Shown: positions 38,951 through 48,359 of the stretch, piece by piece
How the letters are laid out: each line of letters starts with the position of its first letter
How positions within the stretch are numbered: the first letter of the stretch is position 1
Origin: Desulfatiglandales bacterium
GTDB lineage: Bacteria > Desulfobacterota > DSM-4660 > Desulfatiglandales > Desulfatiglandaceae
Length of the DNA stretch: 64,000 nucleotides
Reading direction: 5' to 3'
NCBI GenBank assembly: GCA_963662465.1
Contig: OY759599.1
Location: forward strand, 4,288,001-4,352,000
Made by a program: the position numbers and the translations under genes
The notes under the pieces: generated by a model
Databases searched by the model: none
Told to the model about the DNA's origin: nothing
What the model saw: only the letters and a program-made list of their open reading frames with translations

Positions 38951-40687
38951 ATGTTCAAAATCCTAAGGGTCAATATGACGGAACTTTCCATCGCCGGCGA
39001 AGAAATTTGCAGCGACTATCAAGGTCTGGGAGGAAGGGGCCTGACGGCGGCCGTCATTAACAAGGAAGTGGATGCCACCTGCTCTCCCATCGGTCCCAAC
39101 AACAAGCTCGTATTCGCGCCGGGGCTTCTGGGGGGCACCAATTGCGCCAATTCCGGACGCATCTCCGTAGGCGGCAAAAGCCCGCTGACCGGCGGCATCA
39201 AGGAAGCCAATTCCGGCGGACAAGCGGGAGGATATCTATCCCGGCTCGGCATTGCCGCCATCATCATCGAAGGCATGCCCAAGGAAAATAAGCTTTACAA
39301 ACTATTCATCAGTAAGGAAAAATGTGAAATTCTGGCAGCCGATGAATTAAAAGGCATGGGAAACTACACCACTGTAGAAAAGCTCAAGGATGAATACGGA
39401 CTCAAAATGGGATATGTCAGCATCGGTCCGGCAGGCGAATGGAAAATGCCCTCCGCCAGCGTCGCCTTTACGGATCGGGAACTTCGTCCCACTCGCCACG
39501 CCGGTCGCGGGGGCTTGGGCGCGGTCATGGGCGCCAAGGGTCTCAAAGCCATCATTATAGACCCCGAAGGGGGCGAGTCAGCGCCCCTGGTGGATAGCCA
39601 GGCTTTCAAGGAAGCGGCCAAACGGTTTACAAAGGCCCTGATGGATCATCCGGTAACCAGCCAGGGGTTGCCCACCTATGGCACGGACGTTTTGATCAAT
39701 GTAATCAACGAGGCCGGCGCGCTTCCCACCCGCAACTTCAGTTCCGGACGTTTCGAAGGCGCGGACAAGGTGGGCGGTGAAACCTTGAACAAGATCACGG
39801 TTGAACGAAAAGGGAATACCACCCATGGTTGCATGTCCGGTTGCGTCATCCGGTGTTCCGGCATCTATTTGGACGAAAAAAGCGAATATGTTTCAAAATG
39901 GCCGGAATACGAAACGGTGTGGGCATTCGGTCCCAATTGCGCCATCGATGACCTGGACGCCATTGCACGCATGGATCGCGCCTGCGACGACATCGGGATT
40001 GATACCATTGAAGCCGGCAATGCCGTGGCCGTAGCCATGGAAGGGGGCATCAAGGAATTCGGCGACGTAGCCGGAGCTGAAGAGCTGGTCAATGAAATCG
40101 GGAAGGGGACGCCCCTGGGCCGCATTCTGGGCGCCGGCGCCGGCGCGGTGGGAAAAGCCTTTGGCGTGAGACGGGTTCCAGTGGTTAAAAACCAGGCACT
40201 GCCGGCCTATGATCCAAGGGCCGTAAAGGGTGTGGGCGTGACCTATGCCACGTCGCCCATGGGCGCGGACCACACGGCCGGATACGCCGTCGCCACCAAC
40301 ATCATGAAAGTGGGTGGGGATGTACACCCCCTCAGAGCAAAAGGACAGGCCAAACTGTCCAGCGACCTGCAGGTGGCCACGGCCTTCATCGACACAGCCG
40401 GGCTCTGTCTTTTCGTGGCTTTTCCGGTGCTGGATATTCCCGATGCCTTCACCGCCATCGTGGATATGGTCAACGCCAAGTACGGCCTCAGTTTCACCGG
40501 CGACGATATCGGCGCACTGGGACAAAGAGTACTGAGAATGGAGGTTGATTTTAACACCCGGGCCGGATTCAGCCGGGCCGATGATCGGCTTCCGGAATTT
40601 TTCAGAACGGAAAAACTTCCGCCCCACGATATGGTATTTGATGTTTCCGACGAAGATCTGGATTCGGTTCTCGACTTCAAAATCTAA
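38951..40687 (+). CDS. aor: Aldehyde:ferredoxin oxidoreductase (tungsten, AOR family)
   Basis: GGRG, KSPLTGGIKEANSGG, GRGGLGAVMGAKGLKA, CxxC...C, EYET, AYDPR, DDRLPEFF. Confidence 0.93.
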   Translation: MFKILRVNMTELSIAGEEICSDYQGLGGRGLTAAVINKEVDATCSPIGPNNKLVFAPGLLGGTNCANSGRISVGGKSPLTGGIKEANSGGQAGGYLSRLGIAAIIIEGMPKENKLYKLFISKEKCEILAADELKGMGNYTTVEKLKDEYGLKMGYVSIGPAGEWKMPSASVAFTDRELRPTRHAGRGGLGAVMGAKGLKAIIIDPEGGESAPLVDSQAFKEAAKRFTKALMDHPVTSQGLPTYGTDVLINVINEAGALPTRNFSSGRFEGADKVGGETLNKITVERKGNTTHGCMSGCVIRCSGIYLDEKSEYVSKWPEYETVWAFGPNCAIDDLDAIARMDRACDDIGIDTIEAGNAVAVAMEGGIKEFGDVAGAEELVNEIGKGTPLGRILGAGAGAVGKAFGVRRVPVVKNQALPAYDPRAVKGVGVTYATSPMGADHTAGYAVATNIMKVGGDVHPLRAKGQAKLSSDLQVATAFIDTAGLCLFVAFPVLDIPDAFTAIVDMVNAKYGLSFTGDDIGALGQRVLRMEVDFNTRAGFSRADDRLPEFFRTEKLPPHDMVFDVSDEDLDSVLDFKI

Positions 40688-40704
40688 ACACCCAACCCCC
40701 CATT

Positions 40705-40736
40705 CCGCACAGGTCGAACCTTTTCGACCCGTGCGG
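40705..40736. terminator. Hairpin between convergent aor and nitroreductase
   Basis: CCGCACAGGTCGAA-CCTT-TTCGACCCGTGCGG. Confidence 0.6.
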
Positions 40737-40743
40737 TTTGAAA

Positions 40744-41286
40744 TCAGAACTTGTCGTAATGGGTAAAATCGCTGAGCTCCCGCCGTTTTGGCGCGCTTGA
40801 ATCATGGCCGGGATAACCCACGGGGATCAAACTCACCAGTTCATACCCTTCCGGCACCCCCAGAACCTCTTTGGCCTTGTTGTGATCAAAAAGCCCGGCG
40901 ATTACAGACCCCAGACCCAGGTTATGGGCCGTCAGGCAAATGTTCTGGGCCGCAAGCCCAAGATCGAACATGAACCAATCCCCAAATTTGGTGGTCACCT
41001 GCCCCTTGTAAGAACCGGAACTCCCGAGCTTGCCGCACAGCACCAGGATTAAGGGCGCCTCGGTGAAATGCTTACGCACGGGATTGCTCTTGGGAACCGC
41101 TTCAGCAAGGGTTTCCTTGACGCCCGGGTCCTTCACCACAATCACTTCCCAACACTGGGTGTTGGCCCAGGACGGCGCCCACTGGACCGATTCCAGAATC
41201 TGATTGAGCAATTCATCCGGAATATCCTTGTCCTGGTATTTCCGTATGCTTCGCCTTCCCTTGATAATATCCATAAGATCTGCCAT
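40744..41286 (-). CDS. Nitroreductase family protein
   Basis: RRSIRKY, APSWANTQCW, LTAHNLGLGS, GYP. Confidence 0.92.
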   Translation of the reverse strand: MADLMDIIKGRRSIRKYQDKDIPDELLNQILESVQWAPSWANTQCWEVIVVKDPGVKETLAEAVPKSNPVRKHFTEAPLILVLCGKLGSSGSYKGQVTTKFGDWFMFDLGLAAQNICLTAHNLGLGSVIAGLFDHNKAKEVLGVPEGYELVSLIPVGYPGHDSSAPKRRELSDFTHYDKF

Positions 41287-41637
41287 TCGGGTCTCCTCCT
41301 TATTATACGGGTGTCGCGACTTTGAAGCGTTTTTCCGCAGATAAACTTCGCCCCATAAAATATAGGAGTTGCATCAAAGGTGCAAGAAAAATAGATTTTT
41401 GCCGGAAAATCCGGGAACCCATCGGCGAAAAAGCGGTTAACGCACTTCATTTACCGACTCAAAAGAAAAAAGCCATCCGATTCCTAACTTATGGGTTTAA
41501 ATCTCCATGGGAAGGTGTTACCCTATCCTATACTAGCGATTTCCCTATCTTTGTTCTCATTAAGGACTTGATGGTCCAATAATGGCGAAACAGGGGAAAA
41601 TAATTCAACGATCAAATGCGTGATCCGGAGGCGTCCA

Positions 41638-42354
41638 ATGGAGAAACGCGGACCATTTCTTTTGTCGACCGTGTGGCTCACAGTTATCCTGGCATGCCTG
41701 ACCCTCGGTTGCAGTAACGAAGAAATCAACATGCCGGCCCAGCCGGAAACCATACAGGGGTTTGCCTTTTTCGATCTCGGCGCCAACTCTCGTTATTCAA
41801 ATGAGGTGCGCCGCAAATTGGGAGATCGCTTAGGTTCCGACGCCATCAGCCGGCAAAACGTCATCGATCTGACCCTTTACACGGATGCCTTTTTCGAAAA
41901 GCACTTTCCACAACTCAGTCGCCTGAACCAACAACTCAACTGGCCCGAAGGTCAGCGCATCGAACATAACACCACCCAACTTACATACCGCTATGCACGG
42001 TTAAAAGAAACGCCGTTTACCAAAGTGACGCTCTATTTTTCAAATGACACAGGAAAGCCCTTGTTTTTCAAAATATCCGCCGGTCCCGATGCCGCCGCGA
42101 TTGTCGAGACCCTCAAAAAGAAATATGGCGCGCCTGAACAGTTTGAATGGCAAGACAACGATGGCCGAACCATTTTCTGGAAGGACAACAAAGATCTCTT
42201 TATCGTGTCATCCACAAAAGACAGGCAGGGCAACCCGGAATATCTTTTTTGCATCTATTATGTAAACAACCTTGAAGAAATGCTGACAACGGAAAAAGCC
42301 CGACAACTGCCTGAAAAAGAAAAGATACGCGAAGCCGGAGAATCCGCTTTTTAA
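41638..42354 (+). CDS. Hypothetical lipoprotein
   Basis: Signal peptide ending in LTLGC lipobox. Confidence 0.7.
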   Translation: MEKRGPFLLSTVWLTVILACLTLGCSNEEINMPAQPETIQGFAFFDLGANSRYSNEVRRKLGDRLGSDAISRQNVIDLTLYTDAFFEKHFPQLSRLNQQLNWPEGQRIEHNTTQLTYRYARLKETPFTKVTLYFSNDTGKPLFFKISAGPDAAAIVETLKKKYGAPEQFEWQDNDGRTIFWKDNKDLFIVSSTKDRQGNPEYLFCIYYVNNLEEMLTTEKARQLPEKEKIREAGESAF

Positions 42355-42467
42355 AGCCACACTTTCAGCCCTTATGCTGATCTACACACGCATTTTGGCC
42401 GTTGCCTCCGGGCATCCTCGGCATCCGGATACAGACGAATAAATTGGTCGCACGCTCAAAATAACCC

Positions 42468-42515
42468 TTGACAGCCCTAAAACCATGCATTATGTTATGG
42501 GCAAATGCTCATAAC
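42468..42515 (+). promoter_or_regulatory. sigma70 promoter with overlapping palindromic operator
   Basis: TTGACA-17 bp-TATGTT; GTTATGGGCA-AA-TGCTCATAAC at 42494-42515. Confidence 0.7.
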
Positions 42516-42529
42516 GGAAAGGGGTCCGC

Positions 42530-42868
42530 ATGCCCAGACCGCGAAAGCCCAGATTTGTTGATGGCCCTCCCATTGTGGAGCGATTCCAGCCCCACCCCTT
42601 TCATGCGAAAGGACGGGAAGAGATTGTTCTTCCCCTTGAGGGTCTGGAGGCCATCCGCCTGTGTGACTACGAAAGCCTTAGCCAGGAAGAGGCAGCCCAA
42701 CGAATGAATGTTTCGAGACAAACATTCGGACGGATCCTCATGCACGCCAGGAAAACGGTGGCGGAAACCCTGGTGGTCGGCAAGGTTCTTCGCATTGAAG
42801 GAGGAGCCTTCGAGATGCCTTCCCAAGGCTGCAGGAGACGGCGGCGAGGACGAGGCGGCCCTTTTTAA
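42530..42868 (+). CDS. DUF134 domain DNA-binding protein
   Basis: MPRPRKPR...LEAIRLCDYESLSQEEAAQRMNVSRQTF...LRIEGG. Confidence 0.9.
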   Translation: MPRPRKPRFVDGPPIVERFQPHPFHAKGREEIVLPLEGLEAIRLCDYESLSQEEAAQRMNVSRQTFGRILMHARKTVAETLVVGKVLRIEGGAFEMPSQGCRRRRRGRGGPF

Positions 42869-42888
42869 AAAAAAGGAGGTGACTAAAG

Positions 42889-43236
42889 ATGCCTGGATTT
42901 AATGGAACAGGACCCATGGGGGCAGGCCCCATGACGGGTGGTGGACGAGGTTACTGCACCGGGTCGAATGCCGGGGTTCAGCCGAATTATGGCCGACGCA
43001 TTGGCCGAGGAAATGGCTTTGGCAGAGGCGCGGGCAGAGGCCGAGGATACGGCAGAGGGTTTGCCGGGAGTGGCGGATATCCCGCATGGGGGAACGCCCC
43101 TCAATACAATGACCCCTACAATCCGAATCCCGCGGATGAACTCAGCATGCTGAGGGCGCAGGCCGATGCCATGAAATCAACCCTTGACAACATCCAGAAA
43201 CGCATGGCGGAACTGGATAAAACACCCGCAACCTAA
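42889..43236 (+). CDS. DUF5320-like Gly/Arg-rich protein
   Basis: MPGFNGTGPMGAGPMTGGGRGYC, GRG repeats, coiled-coil tail. Confidence 0.85.
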   Translation: MPGFNGTGPMGAGPMTGGGRGYCTGSNAGVQPNYGRRIGRGNGFGRGAGRGRGYGRGFAGSGGYPAWGNAPQYNDPYNPNPADELSMLRAQADAMKSTLDNIQKRMAELDKTPAT

Positions 43237-43269
43237 AACAAGAGCGCTGTTTTGAAAATGGCGGTTTTC

Positions 43270-43303
43270 TCCGGCTCACAAGCATTCGTGAGCCGGATTT
43301 TTT
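43270..43303 (+). terminator. Intrinsic terminator
   Basis: CCGGCTCAC-AAGCATTC-GTGAGCCGG followed by ATTTTTT. Confidence 0.65.
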
Positions 43304-43339
43304 GGGCTTGGTTCTAACTTCGCCCACCGTTATTTTTTG

Positions 43340-43436
43340 AATATCGAATGCTGAACAAGGAATGTTGAATAATGAAATCAAAACAGAGCATGATACTTCG
43401 ACATTCGATATTCCTTGTTCGACATTCTGCGGTTCT
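43340..43436. repeat. Inverted heptamer-based intergenic repeat (AATATCG/AATGTCG units)
   Basis: aatatcgaatgctgaacaaggaatgttgaataatgaa ... ttcgacattcgatattccttgttcgacattc. Confidence 0.65.
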
Positions 43437-43470
43437 CTTTTAACAATGGACGAAATTAGAACCAACCCCG

Positions 43471-44739
43471 GTGAACAACATGGCCCTCATCCCAGAAGAT
43501 ATCCGCGATGCCGCAAAGGCCATTGGCGGCAAAATTGTAAAGACCCTTTGCGCCCCCTCCACCACCCTCTCCCAGATCACCGGGGCCCACATCATTTTGA
43601 AATTCGAGAACCTTCAGTTTACGGGTTCCTTCAAGGAACGCGGAGCATTGAACAAACTGCTCTCCCTGTCCCCTGAAAGTCAACATGCGGGCGTCATCGC
43701 CATGTCCGCGGGAAACCACGCTCAGGCCGTGGCTTACCACGCGGGGCGCCTCGGAATTCCGGCGGTCATCATCATGCCCCGGCATACGCCGAACCTCAAG
43801 GTGGAACATACGCGGGCGTTTAATGCCGAGGTCATCCTCAAAGGGGAAGACTTCGACGAAGCCTGCGTTTTTGCAAAAAAACTGGCCATGGAACGGAACC
43901 TGGAGATGGTCCATCCCTATGACGATGAACAAGTCATGGCGGGCCAGGGAACCGTTGCCCTTGAAATGCTCGAGATGTTTCCCGATCTGGAATCCATTGT
44001 CGTGCCCGTCGGCGGCGGCGGATTTATCGCGGGATGCGCCGTTGCCGCAAAGGCCATAAACCCCGAAATCTCAATCTTCGGCGTTGAGACCAAACGCTAT
44101 GCCTCCATGCATTGCGCCCTAAAGGGAACTTCACCTCAGTGGGGAACATGTACTCTTGCCGAAGGCATCGCCGTTAAAGAACCGGGATGCCTGCCCCTGG
44201 AAATCATTAAACAAACCGTGGACGACATCCTGCTGGTAGACGAAGGGGATATCGAAGAGGCGGTGTTGTTGCTCCTTGAAGTGGAAAAAACAGTGGTGGA
44301 GGGCGCCGGCGCCGTGGGACTGGCCGCCGTCATGAAGTATCCAAGCCGTTTTCTCGGGAAAAAAACAGGACTCATTCTGTCCGGCGGCAACATCGATCTT
44401 CTGCCGCTTTCGTCCATCATCCAGCGAGGCCTGGTGAGAACCGGTCGTCTCATCCGATTACGGGTGGAACTCAGGGATTTTCCCGGGGCCTTATCGGAGG
44501 TGACCCGTTGTATCGCCGATGCGGAAGCCAATATCGTGGAAGTCCACCACCAGAGAGCCTTTACGGACCTGCCCCTTCAATCCGCCGAGGTGGAATTCGT
44601 GGTGCAAACCCGAGGACTTTCCCATGTTGACGCGCTTCTGAAAGCCCTCGAGTCTTCCGGATACCATGCGGAACCCTGCAAACAATTACAACACAGGATT
44701 CAACCGGTGGAAAAAGCCCGCTCCCCCAAGTTACCATAA
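43471..44739 (+). CDS. ilvA: Threonine ammonia-lyase with ACT domain
   Basis: ENLQFTGSFKERG, SAGNHAQ, GQGT, VGGGG, SGGNID. Confidence 0.92.
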   Translation: MNNMALIPEDIRDAAKAIGGKIVKTLCAPSTTLSQITGAHIILKFENLQFTGSFKERGALNKLLSLSPESQHAGVIAMSAGNHAQAVAYHAGRLGIPAVIIMPRHTPNLKVEHTRAFNAEVILKGEDFDEACVFAKKLAMERNLEMVHPYDDEQVMAGQGTVALEMLEMFPDLESIVVPVGGGGFIAGCAVAAKAINPEISIFGVETKRYASMHCALKGTSPQWGTCTLAEGIAVKEPGCLPLEIIKQTVDDILLVDEGDIEEAVLLLLEVEKTVVEGAGAVGLAAVMKYPSRFLGKKTGLILSGGNIDLLPLSSIIQRGLVRTGRLIRLRVELRDFPGALSEVTRCIADAEANIVEVHHQRAFTDLPLQSAEVEFVVQTRGLSHVDALLKALESSGYHAEPCKQLQHRIQPVEKARSPKLP

Positions 44740-47700
44740 CGGTGAACCATATCGCAGATGCTCTGGTTTTTCAGGTAGTGGAGCAGTTCGATCCGGCCTT
44801 CCATCAAAACCGGTTCCCTGGCAATATAAAAACCGGTTTTTGCCGCAGCCCGCAACACGGCATCCGGTGTTCGTTCCGGCCCGGCGTATCGAATACCCTG
44901 AACCTTTGGCATCCGCTCAATGAGATCGGCGTCGGATTCAAATCGGAGGGTTGATTCTTCCATGAGGGGCGCACACATCTCCCTTTGAATAAACTCCACC
45001 CCATGATTTTTCAGTTCGCCGGGGATACTGATGATCGCGGTGCAGCCGCACACCCGGGCCGCGGCGATTCTTGCCAGAATCTCAAAGAGGCTGTCCGCTT
45101 CATGGAGCTGGATAACCACCCTGCCCAGGGGGAGAAATCTCAGGATATTATCCTGGCCCCGCAAATGAAAATAATCGGTTTCCCCGGAAAAAACCCGTTC
45201 AAACTGGAAAATATAGCTTTTAATGGCCCGAACGGTTTTTTGCATGTCGTCTGCCGTTTCAGCGAATTTCCCCCAGACCAGATCGGTCTGCCATTTCTGG
45301 ACAAGACGCAGCAACGAACTCTCTTTTTTGATGGCCCCGATCCCGGGAAAACCGGTTTCCTCAAATTTCATGAATTGCGCCACATAATGGGGCGACCCGG
45401 CTTTGATCCCCGGACCGATGGCGGATTTACTCATGCCGCCGAAGGGTTGGCGCAACGTAATCGCACCGGTTGTGCCGCGATTGAGGTAAAGGTTGCCGGC
45501 GCGTATGGTTTCTTTCCATCGCTTTTGCTCCCGTTTATCAAGACTTTCAATGGCGGATGTCAACCCGTATCCGGTTCCGTTGGCAAGCGAAACGGCATGG
45601 TCAAGATCATCCGCGCACATGACCCCTAAGAGTGGGCCAAAAAATTCGGTCATGTGGGTCCGGCCTCCGGCCGACACATTCCATTTGATGCCGGGCGTCC
45701 ACATGTGCGGGTTGTCATCTGCATTTTCAGGCTTCAAGGCCCACGATTCTCCGGGTTCCAGGACGGTAAGCGCCCGCTTTAATTCACCGGAAGGGGGCTG
45801 GATCAAAGGACCCACACGGGTTTTAAAATCCCATGGGGACCCCACCGAAAGACTGGCGGCGGCGTCCACTAACTGCTGCTTGAAATGGTTGTCATGATAG
45901 ACTTCCTTTTCCAGAATCAGAAGGGACGTGGCCGAACACTTCTGCCCGGCGTTGCCGAAGGCTGAATAGACGATGTTTTGAATGGCCTGATCCCGATCCG
46001 CCATGGCCGTGACGATGGTTGCGTTTTTGCCGCCGGTTTCGGCCATGAGCAGCAAATCCGGCTTGCGGGACAGTAATTGAAGCCCGGTATGGGTTCCGCC
46101 GGTCAGGATAACAAAATCAACATCTGGATGGCAGGCCAGCTGTTCCCCGACACCACCGCCGGTACAGGGACAAAATTGAAGGGCGTTTTTCGAAACCCCC
46201 GCTTCCCAAAATGCCCGGCACAGCAGCCAGGCCACCAGCACCGCATTGGATGCGGGCTTGAAGATCACCCGATTGCCGGCAGCAAGGGCCGACAGAATGC
46301 CGCCTGAAGGAATGGCGATGGGAAAATTCCAGGGTGAAATCACCACGCCCACGCCCTTACCGCGGCTGGTAACGTGTCTCATATCGCTGAACGCACTGGT
46401 GGAAAAGGGATAGTATTCCGCAAAATCAATGGCTTCAGAGACTTCCACATCCGCTTCGGTAAAAATTTTCCCGGTGTTGACCGCAGCCGCCCCAATCAAA
46501 TCCCCCCGCATTTGACGAATTCTCCGGGCCACCCGCGAAAGGATCTGGTGTCGTATTTCCGGGTCATGGTTTCCCCATCCGTCCGGGTCCCTTTTGGCCG
46601 CGGCCACCGCCTGCCCGATATCCGCTTCATCGGCAAGCCGAAACCTGGCCACATGAATTTTATCGCTAAACCGAGACGGATCCAAACACGCCACGGTTTT
46701 CCGGTTCGCATAAATGGTTTGACCGGCAATGACCAGGGGAATTTCAACCGGGTCGCTTGAAGGACCTTTTTGCCAGTTGGCGCGAATTTTTTCCGCCCAG
46801 TTTCGGTTGGCGGGAAGAGACCAGTCTGTGTTCGGCTCGTTTCTGAACTCCCCCTCATAAAACGTCCCCATGGATTTTGAAACCGTCTCACTGTTTCGAT
46901 CCTGCACCCTGTGGGGCGCGTGACTGACATGATCCATGTGACGGCATGACGCCAGAAAACGGCGGCCGAGCATTTGCCACGCCTCGGCGTTGACGGTTAA
47001 AAATGGCGCATATCGCAGGAAATTTTCATCCGCCGTGTTTTCATCCAATCGTCGAATCAAATATGCAATGGCGTTGATAAACTGATCTTTAGCGGCCACC
47101 GGCGCATACAAAATCAGAGACCGCTCCCCTTCGGAAAGGGCTCTTCGAACGTGATCGGCCATCCCTTCGAGCATTTCGAAGCCGACCTGGTCCGTCAAAT
47201 GGTTCTCCCTGGCCAATTCTTCACCATAGGCCAGTTCAAACAGGTTGTGGGAAGCGATTCCCAGGTGTACCGCCCGGATGTTTTCAGGTGTCATCCCGAA
47301 ATGGATCATCCGTTTAAAATTGGCGTCCACATCCCGTTTGTTGTCGTACGGCGCAAGGGGCCAGTCAAAAAGGGCGGATTCGATCTTTTCCATCTCCAGG
47401 TTGGCGCCCTTGACGATCCGAATTTTGATGGGGCTTCCGCCGTTTTCAACCCGTTCGCGGGCCCAGGCGGTCAGCCGCTTTTGAATGGGGTATGAATCGG
47501 GCAGATAGGCCTGAAGAGCGATTCCGGCAAAACATTTTTTCAGCTCGCTTTGATCAAGGGTTCGCATAAACGCTTCACAGGTAATTTCAAGGTCCCCATA
47601 TCCTTCCATGTCGAGATTGACGAATTTGGGCGCCCTATCGCCGTTTTGACGGACGAAAACATTTTCGAGAGCCGTCCTGTACAACCTGGAAAGCCGCTGG

Positions 47701-48308
47701 GTAAGGACCTGAAGGGTATGCGCAAAGGCAAGGGGATGAATCTGGGAATAGAGGGTGGAAATTTTAACGGAGACATACTCAATTTCGGGATTTTCCAGGT
47801 CATCCACATAGTGGTCCAGTCTGCGAAGCGCCTCTTTTTCCCCCAGTACCGCTTCGCCCAGATGATTAACGTTAACGCGGACTCCCTGCTTTCTTCGTTT
47901 TTTCAAATAGGCGGAAAGGGCTTCCGGCTCTCCCGGAATAATGGCCCTGCTGCTGCTTTCTCTCATCTTTTCAATGAATCGAGGAACGGTCAGCCGCGGG
48001 ATGTGACGCGCAACGTCCATAAACATTTGCAGCAGAATTTTTTCAAACCGGGAAAAGAAATCAGGCGTGCCGTATTCTTTCAAAATGCTGCCCAGTTGAT
48101 CGGCGACCCGGGCCGGATCATGGGAACGGAAGCTCTGATCGATCAGCCGGGCGAGTACGATTTTATCCCTGGGCCGGGTCAGAAGCCGCCGCATCTGCTC
48201 CTGCAAGCCCTTTTCCTCCCGACTCAACAACTCATTGGCCCGGTTTTGCCACTTTTCGGCCCGCAACATGGCCCTTTGGGCCAGCCTTTCCCGCTGTTCC
48301 TTATCCAT
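44700..48308 (-). CDS. putA: Bifunctional proline dehydrogenase/P5C dehydrogenase
   Basis: LDME, QAYL, RIVKGAN, IASHN, YLIRRLDEN; SPWNFP, ETGGKN, GQKCSA, RQPFGG. Confidence 0.95.
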   Translation of the reverse strand: MDKEQRERLAQRAMLRAEKWQNRANELLSREEKGLQEQMRRLLTRPRDKIVLARLIDQSFRSHDPARVADQLGSILKEYGTPDFFSRFEKILLQMFMDVARHIPRLTVPRFIEKMRESSSRAIIPGEPEALSAYLKKRRKQGVRVNVNHLGEAVLGEKEALRRLDHYVDDLENPEIEYVSVKISTLYSQIHPLAFAHTLQVLTQRLSRLYRTALENVFVRQNGDRAPKFVNLDMEGYGDLEITCEAFMRTLDQSELKKCFAGIALQAYLPDSYPIQKRLTAWARERVENGGSPIKIRIVKGANLEMEKIESALFDWPLAPYDNKRDVDANFKRMIHFGMTPENIRAVHLGIASHNLFELAYGEELARENHLTDQVGFEMLEGMADHVRRALSEGERSLILYAPVAAKDQFINAIAYLIRRLDENTADENFLRYAPFLTVNAEAWQMLGRRFLASCRHMDHVSHAPHRVQDRNSETVSKSMGTFYEGEFRNEPNTDWSLPANRNWAEKIRANWQKGPSSDPVEIPLVIAGQTIYANRKTVACLDPSRFSDKIHVARFRLADEADIGQAVAAAKRDPDGWGNHDPEIRHQILSRVARRIRQMRGDLIGAAAVNTGKIFTEADVEVSEAIDFAEYYPFSTSAFSDMRHVTSRGKGVGVVISPWNFPIAIPSGGILSALAAGNRVIFKPASNAVLVAWLLCRAFWEAGVSKNALQFCPCTGGGVGEQLACHPDVDFVILTGGTHTGLQLLSRKPDLLLMAETGGKNATIVTAMADRDQAIQNIVYSAFGNAGQKCSATSLLILEKEVYHDNHFKQQLVDAAASLSVGSPWDFKTRVGPLIQPPSGELKRALTVLEPGESWALKPENADDNPHMWTPGIKWNVSAGGRTHMTEFFGPLLGVMCADDLDHAVSLANGTGYGLTSAIESLDKREQKRWKETIRAGNLYLNRGTTGAITLRQPFGGMSKSAIGPGIKAGSPHYVAQFMKFEETGFPGIGAIKKESSLLRLVQKWQTDLVWGKFAETADDMQKTVRAIKSYIFQFERVFSGETDYFHLRGQDNILRFLPLGRVVIQLHEADSLFEILARIAAARVCGCTAIISIPGELKNHGVEFIQREMCAPLMEESTLRFESDADLIERMPKVQGIRYAGPERTPDAVLRAAAKTGFYIAREPVLMEGRIELLHYLKNQSICDMVHRYGNLGERAFSTG

Positions 48309-48359
48309 GAGATCTACCTCCCAGCCGAAAGGGTTTCTCCGTTATTTCATTAACATTCC

